Below are positions 1 through 11,335 of a DNA stretch of 64,000 nt, piece after piece. This DNA comes from Chthoniobacteraceae bacterium (GTDB lineage: Bacteria > Verrucomicrobiota > Verrucomicrobiia > Chthoniobacterales > Chthoniobacteraceae), in the NCBI GenBank assembly GCA_031409655.1, contig JANNXQ010000239.1, positions 1-64,000 on the forward strand, read 5' to 3'. Position numbers and translations under genes: made by a program. The notes under the pieces were generated by a model. It saw nothing but the letters and a program-made list of their open reading frames with translations, was not told the DNA's origin and ran no database searches. Positions within the stretch are counted from its first letter, which is position 1. Each line of letters begins with the position of its first letter.

Positions 1-140
1 AAGGTGAGCCGTTCATGATCGACGCCGAGCAGGTGCAGGATCGTCGCGTGCAGGTCGTGCGTGTCCATCACGCCCTGCTCGGCCGTCTTCCCGAGCGGAT
101 CCGTGGCTCCGTGGACGTAGCCACCTTTGACCCCGCCGCC
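1..140 (-). pseudogene. C-terminal fragment of a DUF1501-family protein (runs off the window edge; 5' part missing)
   Basis: Minus strand reads [46 protein letters not shown], the typical DUF1501 C-terminus. Upstream it degrades into C/G runs, with no room for the rest before the gene at 313. Confidence 0.65.
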
Positions 141-312
141 CCGGGCGCCAATCACCCCACCCGCGCCCCCCCACACCCCCCTTGTTAGGGCGCTCGGCGT
201 GGGGGCCGGGGGCCGCCGGGGGCGGGCGCCGCTCCCGGGTGCGGTGGCGTGAGACTTCTCTGGCACCGCGCGGCGGATCGGATACACACCGTGGTTCCGT
301 TCCCGCGTTTCT

Positions 313-2457
313 GTGAAAAAGGTGCTCACGCTCGCTGCCGTCATCGCCTTCCTCGGCGGGGGATTTTTCGTGCTGCGCACGCCAGAGCTGGTGGTCCGTG
401 AAGGGCCGTCGGCAGGGATCAAATCGACCGATGGGGTGAAGGCGGGCGAGCTGCGGCCGGGTCAGGTCGATGTGTTCTCCGCGCCGCGACTCATCGCCGG
501 GATGCAGCAGGGGAGCACCGTGACGCAGGAACTTTTCGCAAAAAAACGCTACGCGGAAGCGGAGACGCTGCTCGCGGAACTGGTCGCGGTGGAGCCGCGG
601 GTCGCGGAGAATCACTACAACCTCGCCTGCGCCCGAGCGCTCCAGGGCAAGACCCCGGAGGCGCTCGTAAGTCTGCGCTTGTCCGTCGAACGCGGCTTTC
701 GCAATCCGGTGCATATCGAGCAAGACGCGGATCTGGCGTCGCTCCGCGGGCAACCGGAATTTGCGGCGATCCTCGAGGAAGCGGCGCAGCCCGGGACGCG
801 GATCGAAATCCAGGCGCAGCCCCTGCCGCGGGTGATCCGCGATGGCGTGGCGCTGGTCGGCACGGAGAATACGACGGTGGATCTCCAGCTCGGCACGCTG
901 GTCACGTCGTTTGCGGTCGATCCCGAAGATCCGCGTCGCCAGGCCGACGCGGTGGCCGGGCAGGGAAGGGCGGGGGAGCTGGTCCGACAATGGCAGCGCG
1001 AAGGCACCGCGGTCGGTCTCCTCGGCGTGCTCTATGACAATCACGACCGCGACCACAGCGCTCTCCAGGCGCGGGATTTTCCGCAGTTGAGCTTCATCGA
1101 GTTCAGCCCGGAGGCGCGCCGCGAAAGTCTGGATCTCGGCCTGCAGGTGCGGCTGATTTTCAATCTCCCGACGATCGGAAATTCTTCGACGGCCCAGACC
1201 GGTGGAGCACTTTGGCGCAGCCAGGAACGCAGTGCGCAGACGACTCCCACGGCAATCGCCGTGCAGGCCGCGCAGTATTTAAGTAACCTGCTCTACGTCT
1301 ATCCCGAGCACCGCGACTACGATCCTGGCCGCAATGGCGCGGGCGGAGGATGGGGCGATGTCTTCCCCGCGAATACTCCCTACGCCATCATCTCGCAGGG
1401 TTCGTCCGGCTCGGATCAGGTCTTCCTCCGCGCGCTCGCGACCACGATCGCGGCCTTCCGTCCCGAAACTTTCGAGCGGCTGGTGACGGTGCGGCTGCTC
1501 GCGCCGACGGTGCAGATGATCCTCCGCCGCTGCTACCGGTCGTCGGAAAACGCGGAGGACTACTTTACCGGGCGCGCCCATCCGGTGGTCTTCGATGGCG
1601 CGCGGCTCGACGTGGTGCGCATGGTGGAAATGGCGCACGCCCTTTTGCCGACGGAAATCCCGCCGCTCGTGCGCCTCGCGGTGCGGGAGGAAGACGCGAC
1701 GGGGCCGGGTGCCGAGTATCCCGACGCGACGCCGGGCGAAGTGCTCTTTGCCACGAGCTGCGCCGTCGCGCGCGTCTGGCATGGCGGGGCGCGGGCGCGG
1801 CGGCTGATCGTGAATGTGGAAGGGAGCGTGGATCTCGACAACCGGCCCATGACTTATCGCTGGGCGCTGCTTCAGGGAAATCGCGAAGACGTGACGATCA
1901 CCCCGCTGACCCCGAATGGCTCGGTCGCCGAACTGCGCGTCGCCTGGCACAGCCGCTTCGCCATTTCCCCGGAAAGCAAACTCGCAAGCAACCGGGTGGA
2001 CATCGGGGTCTTCGCGAGCAGTGGCGAGCACTGGTCCGCGCCGGCGTTTGTGACCTTTTACTTTCCGGACAATCAGACGCGGCACTACGACGAGGCGGGC
2101 CGGCTGCAAAGCATCGAGAATCGCTCTCTCGCGAAAGGCGGGAACTACGCCGACCCACTCGCGCATACGCCGCGGGATTGGCGCGATGATCTGCGCTACG
2201 ACGCCACTGGCCATCTGCTTGGCTGGCGGCGCTCCCGGGGCACGGCGGTGGAAGACTTCACGGCGGACGGGCATCTGGTGATCGAGAAGGATGAGTACGG
2301 TCGCGCCACTCGCGCCTGCGTCGTGCAGTACGTCGCCGAGCACAGTCCGACGCGGGAGCCCACGATCCGGCAGATCTCCACGGATGTGGAATATCGCTAC
2401 GAGTACTTTTCGCCGGATGATCAGCGCGGGCACTCCATCGCGAGTCGGGAGCGCTAG
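313..2457 (+). CDS. Exported/membrane-anchored TPR-containing hypothetical protein
   Basis: 714-aa ORF; hydrophobic N-terminus; TPR-like [21 protein letters not shown] motif; YD-like motifs near C-terminus. Confidence 0.75.
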   Translation: MKKVLTLAAVIAFLGGGFFVLRTPELVVREGPSAGIKSTDGVKAGELRPGQVDVFSAPRLIAGMQQGSTVTQELFAKKRYAEAETLLAELVAVEPRVAENHYNLACARALQGKTPEALVSLRLSVERGFRNPVHIEQDADLASLRGQPEFAAILEEAAQPGTRIEIQAQPLPRVIRDGVALVGTENTTVDLQLGTLVTSFAVDPEDPRRQADAVAGQGRAGELVRQWQREGTAVGLLGVLYDNHDRDHSALQARDFPQLSFIEFSPEARRESLDLGLQVRLIFNLPTIGNSSTAQTGGALWRSQERSAQTTPTAIAVQAAQYLSNLLYVYPEHRDYDPGRNGAGGGWGDVFPANTPYAIISQGSSGSDQVFLRALATTIAAFRPETFERLVTVRLLAPTVQMILRRCYRSSENAEDYFTGRAHPVVFDGARLDVVRMVEMAHALLPTEIPPLVRLAVREEDATGPGAEYPDATPGEVLFATSCAVARVWHGGARARRLIVNVEGSVDLDNRPMTYRWALLQGNREDVTITPLTPNGSVAELRVAWHSRFAISPESKLASNRVDIGVFASSGEHWSAPAFVTFYFPDNQTRHYDEAGRLQSIENRSLAKGGNYADPLAHTPRDWRDDLRYDATGHLLGWRRSRGTAVEDFTADGHLVIEKDEYGRATRACVVQYVAEHSPTREPTIRQISTDVEYRYEYFSPDDQRGHSIASRER

Positions 2458-2533
2458 GAACGGGCCGCGCTGCCGCGCTGGCTGGGGATTTCGCGCTGGA
2501 AAGTCCCGCACTCACCGCTAGCCTCCCGCCCTC

Positions 2534-3382
2534 ATGTCCATCCCCCGGCTCTGCCTCATCGCCGTCCTTTTTCTCGCGCCTGACGCCGCGCGCGCCGCTG
2601 GCGATTCCGCGGATGCTGAGGAACTCGCGGGCCATGCCGCGGGGAACGCCGAGGCGAATACCTTGACCCCGGAGGAATCGGCGAGCGGGTGGAAACTGCT
2701 CTTCGACGGGAAGGTCGCAAGTGGCCTGCGCGGTTTGAAGAACCGGGAGTTTCTGAAGGCCGGTTGGAAGATCCAAAACGGTGCCCTGATCCTGCCGAAG
2801 GCGATCAGCGTCATGGGCAAAGTGACCGGGGGCGACCTGGCCACGAACGAGGCCTTCACCGACTTCGAGTTTGCCTTCCAGTGGAAGCTCGGCGTCTCCT
2901 CGAACGCGGGCATTCTCTATCTTGCGCGCAGCGGGGTCGGCAGCACCCGCCCGACCGGATGTGAATATCAGATCATCGACGACGTGCATCATCCCGATGG
3001 CCTCAAAGGCGGGCCCATCCGGCGGACCGGCGCGCTCTACGGCATCCTCCCGCCCGCCGCGGAGAAAACCGTGAACGAGCCCGGCCGCTGGAGTGCGGGA
3101 AAGATCCGGGTGCAGGGTAGCCAAGTGGAGCACTGGCTGAATGGAACCAAGGTGCTGGAATACGACCTTGGCAGCGCCGGGCTGCAAAGGGCGATCGTCG
3201 CAAGTAAGATGAAAGTCCCGACTGGCTTCGGAATGTCGAAGTTCAAAGCGCCGCTGGTGATCCTCGACGAAGGGGACGAACTCGCCCTGCGGGGCCTCAA
3301 GGTACGCGCCATCGTCGAGACCTCCGTGCCAGTGCCAGGTGCGGCGGCCGTCAATCGACCGGCCGTTCCGACCGCGCGTTAA
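2534..3382 (+). CDS. DUF1080 (3-keto-disaccharide hydrolase-like) protein
   Basis: Signal peptide; NTLTPEE..GWKLLFDG, EYQIIDD and VEHWLNG motifs. Confidence 0.88.
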   Translation: MSIPRLCLIAVLFLAPDAARAAGDSADAEELAGHAAGNAEANTLTPEESASGWKLLFDGKVASGLRGLKNREFLKAGWKIQNGALILPKAISVMGKVTGGDLATNEAFTDFEFAFQWKLGVSSNAGILYLARSGVGSTRPTGCEYQIIDDVHHPDGLKGGPIRRTGALYGILPPAAEKTVNEPGRWSAGKIRVQGSQVEHWLNGTKVLEYDLGSAGLQRAIVASKMKVPTGFGMSKFKAPLVILDEGDELALRGLKVRAIVETSVPVPGAAAVNRPAVPTAR

Positions 3383-3457
3383 ACGCGTGGCCGGCGCGAG
3401 TCGGTGAGGGTGATTTTGGTTCGCCTTGGGGAGTGGAAATTACGGACCAAAAAAAGA

Positions 3458-3475
3458 TTGTGAAAAATTTCACAA
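3458..3475. promoter_or_regulatory. Palindromic operator TTGTGAA-AAAT-TTCACAA (Rex-box / CRP-FNR type) upstream of atp operon
   Basis: Exact match to TTGTGAA-N4-TTCACAA and to TGTGA-N6-TCACA; AT-rich island just before a TTGCCT -35-like hexamer at 3481. Confidence 0.7.
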
Positions 3476-3625
3476 ACCTCTTGCCTCGCCCTCCGCTTCC
3501 TTGTTCCATCCGCGTCTTCTTCGGCTGAAGAACTGTGTTTTGCGCGTCGGTCCCCAACTTGATGCGCGTCGTGCGTAAGCCATCCGCACCCGGTTCTCCT
3601 TTCGAGTCTCCACTTTCACTCTGCA

Positions 3626-4537
3626 ATGAACGCTTCGAAACTCTCTTCCCGATTCGCTGGAATCTGCCTCGCGCTGATCGCGGTCGTGGGACTGTTTTCG
3701 AGCGTGGCGATGGCGGAGGAGGGCGGGGTACATCACGGCCTCACGCCGGACGCGCCGCGGATCCAGATCGGTCCGTTTTCGGTGACGAACTCGATGATCG
3801 TCACGTGGATCGTGGCCATCGCGGTCATCGGCTTCGCCCAGTATGCGACCCGCTCGATCAAGGAAGTGCCCGAGGGCGCGCAGAATTTTTGGGAGTGGCT
3901 TGTTGAGAGCCTGCACGACTTCCTCGAGAGCATCATCGGCAAGGATCTTGTGAAGAAGACCTTCTGGTTTTTCGCAACGCTCTTTATCTTCATCCTCTTT
4001 ACGAACTGGGCCGGACTCATCCCTGGAGTGGGTACGATTGGCTGGGGCATTCCGAATGCCCAAGGCGGGCTGGGGCATATCTCGCGCCCACTTTTCCGCG
4101 GCGTGAATGCCGACCTGAACATGACGCTCGGCATGGCGGTCATCTTCTTTGTCTGCTGGATCTGGTGGGCCCTGCAGGCGAATGGGCCCGGTGGATTTAT
4201 CCTCCATATTTTCGGACCCAAAGGAGACACCAAAGGCTTGATGAAGGTGCTGATGATCGGCGTCTTCGCGATCGTCGGCGTGCTCGAGGTCGTCTCTATT
4301 ATGTTCCGCCCGGTGTCGCTCAGCTTCCGACTCTACGGGAATGTCTTTGCCGGGGAGAACATGCTCGAGTCGATGGCCAATCTCGTGCCCGGCCTTTCAT
4401 GGCTGATCCCGGTACCCTTTTACTTCATGGAATTGCTCGTCGGCCTCGTGCAGGCGCTGGTGTTTATGCTGCTCACCGCAGTCTTTACGCTGCTCATCTG
4501 CCAGCACGACGAAAGCCACGACAAGGCGCACCATTAG
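3626..4537 (+). CDS. atpB: ATP synthase Fo subunit a
   Basis: RPVSLSFRLYGNVFAGE and ELLVGLVQALVF motifs; first gene of the operon. Confidence 0.97.
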   Translation: MNASKLSSRFAGICLALIAVVGLFSSVAMAEEGGVHHGLTPDAPRIQIGPFSVTNSMIVTWIVAIAVIGFAQYATRSIKEVPEGAQNFWEWLVESLHDFLESIIGKDLVKKTFWFFATLFIFILFTNWAGLIPGVGTIGWGIPNAQGGLGHISRPLFRGVNADLNMTLGMAVIFFVCWIWWALQANGPGGFILHIFGPKGDTKGLMKVLMIGVFAIVGVLEVVSIMFRPVSLSFRLYGNVFAGENMLESMANLVPGLSWLIPVPFYFMELLVGLVQALVFMLLTAVFTLLICQHDESHDKAHH

Positions 4538-4615
4538 ACTAGAAAAGATTTCGTCGATCTGACCGTGGGCAACCTGCGGGGGTCGTCGGGAAAACGCAGC
4601 AACAAACAAACCTAT

Positions 4616-4843
4616 ATGACACTCGTAACCATCCTCGCAGAAGCCGCCGCCGGACTTACCGGCAACCTTCACGTCGGTCTTGCAGCGCTCGGCGCTGCCC
4701 TCGGCGTGGGCTTCATCGGTATGAAGGCTTCGGAAGCAGTGGGCCGGAATCCCGGTGCCGCTACTCCGATCCTCGTGCAGGCGATCCTGAGCACCGCCTT
4801 CGCCGAAGGCATCGTGTTCTTCGCGATCTTCCTCGTGAAGTAA
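4616..4843 (+). CDS. atpE: ATP synthase Fo subunit c
   Basis: Two hydrophobic helices, GRNP loop, conserved Glu in AFAEGI; start set to ATG 4616. Confidence 0.96.
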   Translation: MTLVTILAEAAAGLTGNLHVGLAALGAALGVGFIGMKASEAVGRNPGAATPILVQAILSTAFAEGIVFFAIFLVK

Positions 4844-4910
4844 TTTGGCCAGCGCGGAGCCGTTCGCGGCTCCGCGCCCCAGCCTGCGTTGCGACCACCA
4901 GTTTGTAATC

Positions 4911-5471
4911 ATGCAATACCTCCCTCTCCTCGCCGCCGAAGGTGGCATCGTGCAAAGTCTCACCGAGAGTGCTCAGCGCACTGGCGAGACCTTCGGCTTC
5001 AATGCCTGGCTCTTCTTCTCGCAGATCATCAGCTTCTGCATCGTCGCCTTTCTGCTCCAGAAATTCGCCTATAAGCCGATTCTCACCGTGCTCGAAACAC
5101 GCCGGAAGAAGATTGCCGAAGGACTCCTGAATGCGGATAAGATCAAGCAGCAGCTTGCGGAGTCCGAGCAGCGTTATCAGGAGATTTTGACCAAAGCCAA
5201 TGGCGAGGCGCAAAAGATGATCGAAGAGGCCCGCGCCAGCGCCGCCGCGCTCAAGGACAAGGAGACCCAGCGGGCGATCAGTGAAGCGGAACAGATCCTC
5301 ACCAAAGCCCGCGAATCCGCGACGCTTGAGCATACTCGCATGCTCACTGAACTGAAGCGCGAGGTCGGTCGTCTGGTGGTGGAGACCACTTCGAAAGTCA
5401 CGGGCAAGGTGCTCAATCCAGACGATCAGCGTCGGATCAACGAAGAAGCCGCGCGCCAAGTCGCCGCCTGA
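4911..5471 (+). CDS. atpF: ATP synthase Fo subunit b
   Basis: N-terminal TM, KFAYKPI..LETRRKKIAEGL, coiled coil; start set to ATG 4911. Confidence 0.95.
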   Translation: MQYLPLLAAEGGIVQSLTESAQRTGETFGFNAWLFFSQIISFCIVAFLLQKFAYKPILTVLETRRKKIAEGLLNADKIKQQLAESEQRYQEILTKANGEAQKMIEEARASAAALKDKETQRAISEAEQILTKARESATLEHTRMLTELKREVGRLVVETTSKVTGKVLNPDDQRRINEEAARQVAA

Positions 5472-5484
5472 TTTCCCCCAAAAC

Positions 5485-5886
5485 ATGAAGCTCGACAAGG
5501 ATTCACGCAAACTCTCCAAGCAACTGTTCGAGGCCAGTCTGACGAACGGTCGCCTCGACGGCGGAAAGATCGGCGTTGTCGCCCGGCAGATCATCGCCAG
5601 CAAGCCCCGGCACTATGTCGGGATCATGAAAGAGTTTCAGCGCCTCGTGCGGCTCGAAGTCGAACGGCATCACGCCGTGATCGAAAGCGCGACCCCGCTC
5701 GACGGCGGCATGGCCGATCAACTCGTCAGCAATCTCCGTAGTAAGTATGGCGGCGATCTAACCACTGAATTCAAAGTCACGCCCGAGCTTCTCGGTGGAC
5801 TCCGCATCAAAATCGGCAGCGATGTCTTAGACGGCACCGTCCGCGAACGCCTGAACCGCCTCGAATCGCAACTTACCCACGCCTAA
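5485..5886 (+). CDS. atpH: ATP synthase F1 subunit delta (short form)
   Basis: PELLGGLRIKIGSDVLDGTVRERL OSCP/delta motif; operon position. Confidence 0.93.
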   Translation: MKLDKDSRKLSKQLFEASLTNGRLDGGKIGVVARQIIASKPRHYVGIMKEFQRLVRLEVERHHAVIESATPLDGGMADQLVSNLRSKYGGDLTTEFKVTPELLGGLRIKIGSDVLDGTVRERLNRLESQLTHA

Positions 5887-5898
5887 CCGCCCCATCTC

Positions 5899-7425
5899 AT
5901 GAGCAGCATCCTACAGGAACTCGAATCTCAAATCAGCGGCCTCAAGACCGCAACCACCCGCACCAATGTGGGCATCGTCCGCGAAGTCGGTGACGGTGTG
6001 GCCCGCATCGAAGGCTTGAGCGACGTCATGCTCAACGAAATGATCGAATTCCCCGGCGGGGTCTATGGTCTGGCGTTGAATCTGGAAGAGAGCGAAGTCG
6101 GTTGCATTTTGCTCGGTAGCGACCGCGATGTTGTCGAAGGCACCGAAGTGAAGACGACGGGCCGCCTGCTCTCCGTGCCGGTTGGTAAAGGATTGCTCGG
6201 TCGGGTGGTCGATACGCTCGGAAATCCGGTCGATGGCAAAGGTCCAATCACCGCCACCGCGACATACCCGGTCGAAAAAATCGCGCCCGGTATCATCAAG
6301 CGTAAGTCAGTAAGCCAGCCAGTGCAGACCGGCATCATGGCGATCGACGCGATGATTCCGATCGGCCGCGGTCAACGCGAATTGATCATCGGTGACCGGG
6401 CCACGGGAAAGACCACCATCGCCATCGACGCCATCATCAATCAGGCGCGGATCAACAAGCAGAACGAAGGCAAAGCTGGCTTTCGCCCGCTTTACTCCAT
6501 CTACGTCGCGATCGGGCAGAAGCAGTCGAATGTCGCCCGTTCACTCACCGTCCTCGAAGCTGCGGGTGCCCTCCAATACACCATCGTCGTCTGCGCCACC
6601 GCCTCGGATACCGCGGCGAATCAGTACCTCGCGCCCTTTGCCGGTGCTGCGATGGGCGAGTGGTTCATGGATAACGGGATGGATGCGCTGATCGTCTTCG
6701 ACGACCTTTCCAAGCACGCCGTTGCCTACCGCCAGGTCTCTCTCCTCCTCAAGCGCCCGTCCGGCCGCGAAGCCTATCCCGGTGACGTCTTCTATCTCCA
6801 CAGCCGCTTGCTCGAACGCAGTGCCCGCGTCAGCGAGCAGAATGGCAACGGATCGCTGACCGCGCTCCCGATCATCGAGACCCAGGCGGGTGACGTGTCT
6901 GCTTACATCCCGACGAACGTCATCTCGATCACCGACGGTCAGATCTATCTCGAAACCGACCTTTTCTACCAAGGCATCCGACCGGCGGTGTCCGTGGGTC
7001 TATCGGTGAGCCGGGTCGGTTCCGCCGCGCAGATCAAAGCGATGAAGCAGGTTGCTGGTAAGATCAAAGGTGACCTTGCCCAGTTCCGCGAATTGGCAGC
7101 GTTTGCGCAGTTTGGCAGCGATCTCGATGCCAAGACCAAGTCGATGCTCGATCGCGGGGCGCGCATCGTGGAACTCTTTAAGCAGATCCAATACAATCCG
7201 GTCGCCACTGAGGTGATGGTTTCGGTCCTCTGGTCGATGCAGAACGGCTTCCTCGATGACGTGCCAGTGGATAAGGTGAAAGACTTCCAACTCAAGCTTC
7301 AGGATTACCTTTCCACGCGAAAGGATGCACTCCTCGGAAAGATCCGCGACAAGGCTGCGATCGACGACGAAATCGCCGGTGAACTGAAAGTCGCCCTCGG
7401 CGAATTCAAGGCCAGCTACCGCTAA
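5899..7425 (+). CDS. atpA: ATP synthase F1 subunit alpha
   Basis: [36 protein letters not shown]. Confidence 0.99.
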   Translation: MSSILQELESQISGLKTATTRTNVGIVREVGDGVARIEGLSDVMLNEMIEFPGGVYGLALNLEESEVGCILLGSDRDVVEGTEVKTTGRLLSVPVGKGLLGRVVDTLGNPVDGKGPITATATYPVEKIAPGIIKRKSVSQPVQTGIMAIDAMIPIGRGQRELIIGDRATGKTTIAIDAIINQARINKQNEGKAGFRPLYSIYVAIGQKQSNVARSLTVLEAAGALQYTIVVCATASDTAANQYLAPFAGAAMGEWFMDNGMDALIVFDDLSKHAVAYRQVSLLLKRPSGREAYPGDVFYLHSRLLERSARVSEQNGNGSLTALPIIETQAGDVSAYIPTNVISITDGQIYLETDLFYQGIRPAVSVGLSVSRVGSAAQIKAMKQVAGKIKGDLAQFRELAAFAQFGSDLDAKTKSMLDRGARIVELFKQIQYNPVATEVMVSVLWSMQNGFLDDVPVDKVKDFQLKLQDYLSTRKDALLGKIRDKAAIDDEIAGELKVALGEFKASYR

Positions 7426-7431
7426 ACCGCA

Positions 7432-8316
7432 ATGGCCGCGAATACCCGCGACATCCGCCGACGCATCAAGTCGGTCAAGAATACTTCGCAGATCACCAAG
7501 GCCATGCAGATGGTGGCCGCGGCGAAGATGCGCAAGGCCCAGAACGCGGCGATCGCGGGCCGGCCGTATGCGGAACTGCTCAGCAAGGTGCTCGGGTCCG
7601 TCGCGGCGCGGGCCAAGGATAGCTCGCACGAGTTGCTCGTTTCCCGGGAAGTGAAGAAGGAACTCGTGCTGGTCATCAGCACCGACAAGGGCCTTTGTGG
7701 CGCGCTGAATACCAACTTGCTCCGCGAAGTGGCGAAGTTTGATCCCGCAAAGACCGTCTTTGTGGCTGCCGGACGCAAGGCGATGCAGTATCTCGTCCGC
7801 GCGCAACGCACCCTTTTGGCCGAGTTCACGCTCAAGGAGCCGCTCAGTTTCCTGGAGTCCAAGCAGGTGTCCAAGTTCTGCATGGATCAGTTCACCAAGG
7901 GCGAGGTGGATAAGGTGACGGTCGTCTTTACAGATTACATCAACACCCTGACCCAGATTCCAAAGGCCCGAACGCTCCTGCCGCTCCAGTCCTTTGAAGT
8001 CAGCGCGGGCATCGGCGGGGCTTCTGAAAGTTCCTCGATCGTCGCCAAAGAAGACGCGACTGAATATCTTTTCGAGCCTGATATGGCTGGGGTCTTGGCC
8101 GGTATTCTCCCGCATTATGTGCATTTCCAAGTCTATCAAATGGCCCTCGATTCCCGGGCTTCTGAGCACTCCGCACGCATGGTCGCCATGAAGAGCGCCA
8201 CCGACAATGCGAAGCAGCTCATCAAGGACCTCACGCTCGAATACAACAAGATCCGCCAAGCCAGCATCACCACTGAGTTGCTCGAAATCACCACTGCCCA
8301 GATGGCCCTCGGCTAG
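7432..8316 (+). CDS. atpG: ATP synthase F1 subunit gamma
   Basis: ITKAMQMVAAAK, DKGLCG, RQASITTELLEI. Confidence 0.99.
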   Translation: MAANTRDIRRRIKSVKNTSQITKAMQMVAAAKMRKAQNAAIAGRPYAELLSKVLGSVAARAKDSSHELLVSREVKKELVLVISTDKGLCGALNTNLLREVAKFDPAKTVFVAAGRKAMQYLVRAQRTLLAEFTLKEPLSFLESKQVSKFCMDQFTKGEVDKVTVVFTDYINTLTQIPKARTLLPLQSFEVSAGIGGASESSSIVAKEDATEYLFEPDMAGVLAGILPHYVHFQVYQMALDSRASEHSARMVAMKSATDNAKQLIKDLTLEYNKIRQASITTELLEITTAQMALG

Positions 8317-9765
<1,449 letters not shown>

Positions 9766-9768
9766 GGC

Positions 9769-9859
9769 AATTAACAATTAGGATTTAGCATTTGTCCCTG
9801 ATTCGCGCGTTAGCGCCTTACTTCCAAATGCTAAATGTTGAATCCTAAATCCTAAATCC
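9769..9859. repeat. Inverted heptamer-array hairpin A (ATTTAGG / CCTAAAT type) between atpD and atpC
   Basis: Left AATTAAC AATTAGG ATTTAGC ATTTG; right CAAAT GCTAAAT GTTGAAT CCTAAAT CCTAAAT; 9783-9794 is the exact reverse complement of 9825-9836. Confidence 0.8.
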
Positions 9860-9861
9860 CG

Positions 9862-10275
9862 ATGGCCACACTCAGACTCGAAATCGTCACTCCTGAAACC
9901 AAGGCTTACAGCGACGACGTGGATATGGTCGTGCTGCCGGCGGTCGAGGGCGAGATGGGCGTGTATCCGATGCATGTTCCCTTGATGACCCAAATTCACC
10001 CCGGCGAACTGACCGTGATGAAAGGTGGTCAGCGCTCCTATCTCGCGGTGGGTGAAGGATTCGTGGAGATCACGCAAACGCGGGTGAGCGTGCTCACGGA
10101 CATGGCGATCGATGAGCAATCGATCGACGAGGGTGCTGCGGAGGCCGCGGTGAAGCGGGCGCAGGAATCCATGGCGAGGAAGGATCTGGGTGGCGAAGAA
10201 GGCGCGGCCGTGCAGGCTGCGCTCGCCAAGTCGCTCGCCCAACTCCACGTCAAACGGCGGCGGCGTGGTCTTTAA
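9862..10275 (+). CDS. atpC: ATP synthase F1 subunit epsilon
   Basis: LEIVTPE, EGEMGVYPMHVPL, GFVEI. Confidence 0.97.
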   Translation: MATLRLEIVTPETKAYSDDVDMVVLPAVEGEMGVYPMHVPLMTQIHPGELTVMKGGQRSYLAVGEGFVEITQTRVSVLTDMAIDEQSIDEGAAEAAVKRAQESMARKDLGGEEGAAVQAALAKSLAQLHVKRRRRGL

Positions 10276-10309
10276 GGTTGGGGGCGGGGCTTTGAGAGCC
10301 TGATCTGAC

Positions 10310-11266
10310 TCAGCGGAGATTCACCCACAGCGTCTGGGCGCATTGGTCGCTCGGGATGTCGGGGAGGGCGGCCTCAAGGTGGATGGCACCCGCTTTCCGG
10401 GTGGCTTTCAGGCCGAATCGCGCAATGGCTTCGAGCGCACGGCGGTTGAGCCGGGTGCAGTTTGTGGAGAGGAGGATGCGGGCCTGGGGCGTGGCGACTT
10501 CAAGAGCGGCGAGGAAGAGGGCTTCGAAGTCCTGCTCCACCTGAAATTTCCGGCCTTTGTGACCCCGAGAGAAAGTCGGTGGATCGAGGATGATGGCGTC
10601 GAATAACTCGCCTTTGCGGCTGAGTCGGGGGAGCACGTCGAGCACATCTTCGGCGAGGAAGCGGTGACCGCTCTCCGTACCGGACGGGATGTTGTTTAAG
10701 GCAAAGTTCTCCCGGCCGCGGTCGAGGGACTTCTTGGAGAGATCAATGCTCACGGTTTCCGCGCCGGCCAAGGCCGCGGCGAGGGAGAAGGAACAGGTGT
10801 AAGCGAAGGTATTGAGCAAGCGCTGGACGCCGCCATTCCGAACCTGAGCGCGGTTGGCTCGTTGATCCAGAAAGAGTCCGGCGGAATATCCGGCGCCGAA
10901 ATCGAGGCCGAAATTCATCCCGTTTTCCGAAACGGTGGTCGTGAGCGGGAGTCCGGTTTCGCCCGACAGAAGTAGAGGCGCGGCGCGTTCGTCATTTTGA
11001 CGCGGCAAAAACTTCCCAAAGACCCGCCGCGGCCGAAAGCCGTGTTCCGCCGACCAAGGGGCAAGCGCCGCGAGAGCATGGTCCCGAGCGGAGTCACTTT
11101 TATAGGAGAGCAGCAGATCCTCGCCGAAGCGCTCGAGCCAGGCTTCGGAGGAGGAAAAGAGCCGGTGGGCATCGGTGCCAGCGGCTTCGAAGGCCGCCAA
11201 TTGGGGGCCGGGAAGCCAGGATTTTGGCAGAGGACGCGAGGGTTCGCGGGGAGGGAATCGGTTCAC
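10310..11266 (-). CDS. RlmI/RlmK-like SAM-dependent rRNA methyltransferase
   Basis: GLFLDQRANR, LLNTFAYTCSFS, FDAIILDPPTFS motifs. Confidence 0.88.
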   Translation of the reverse strand: MNRFPPREPSRPLPKSWLPGPQLAAFEAAGTDAHRLFSSSEAWLERFGEDLLLSYKSDSARDHALAALAPWSAEHGFRPRRVFGKFLPRQNDERAAPLLLSGETGLPLTTTVSENGMNFGLDFGAGYSAGLFLDQRANRAQVRNGGVQRLLNTFAYTCSFSLAAALAGAETVSIDLSKKSLDRGRENFALNNIPSGTESGHRFLAEDVLDVLPRLSRKGELFDAIILDPPTFSRGHKGRKFQVEQDFEALFLAALEVATPQARILLSTNCTRLNRRALEAIARFGLKATRKAGAIHLEAALPDIPSDQCAQTLWVNLR

Positions 11267-11335
11267 GCGCGGCCCAAGAGAACTGATTGCACTGAAAAAT
11301 CAATCAACGTAGTCTCCCCGGCTCTCAAAGACCTT

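Noticed and set aside
10997..11335. ORF-track N-terminal extensions (also 16020, 25970, 29864, 45733, 52294, 57661)
   Set aside because: They overlap neighbouring genes; downstream starts give proper signal peptides or family N-termini.
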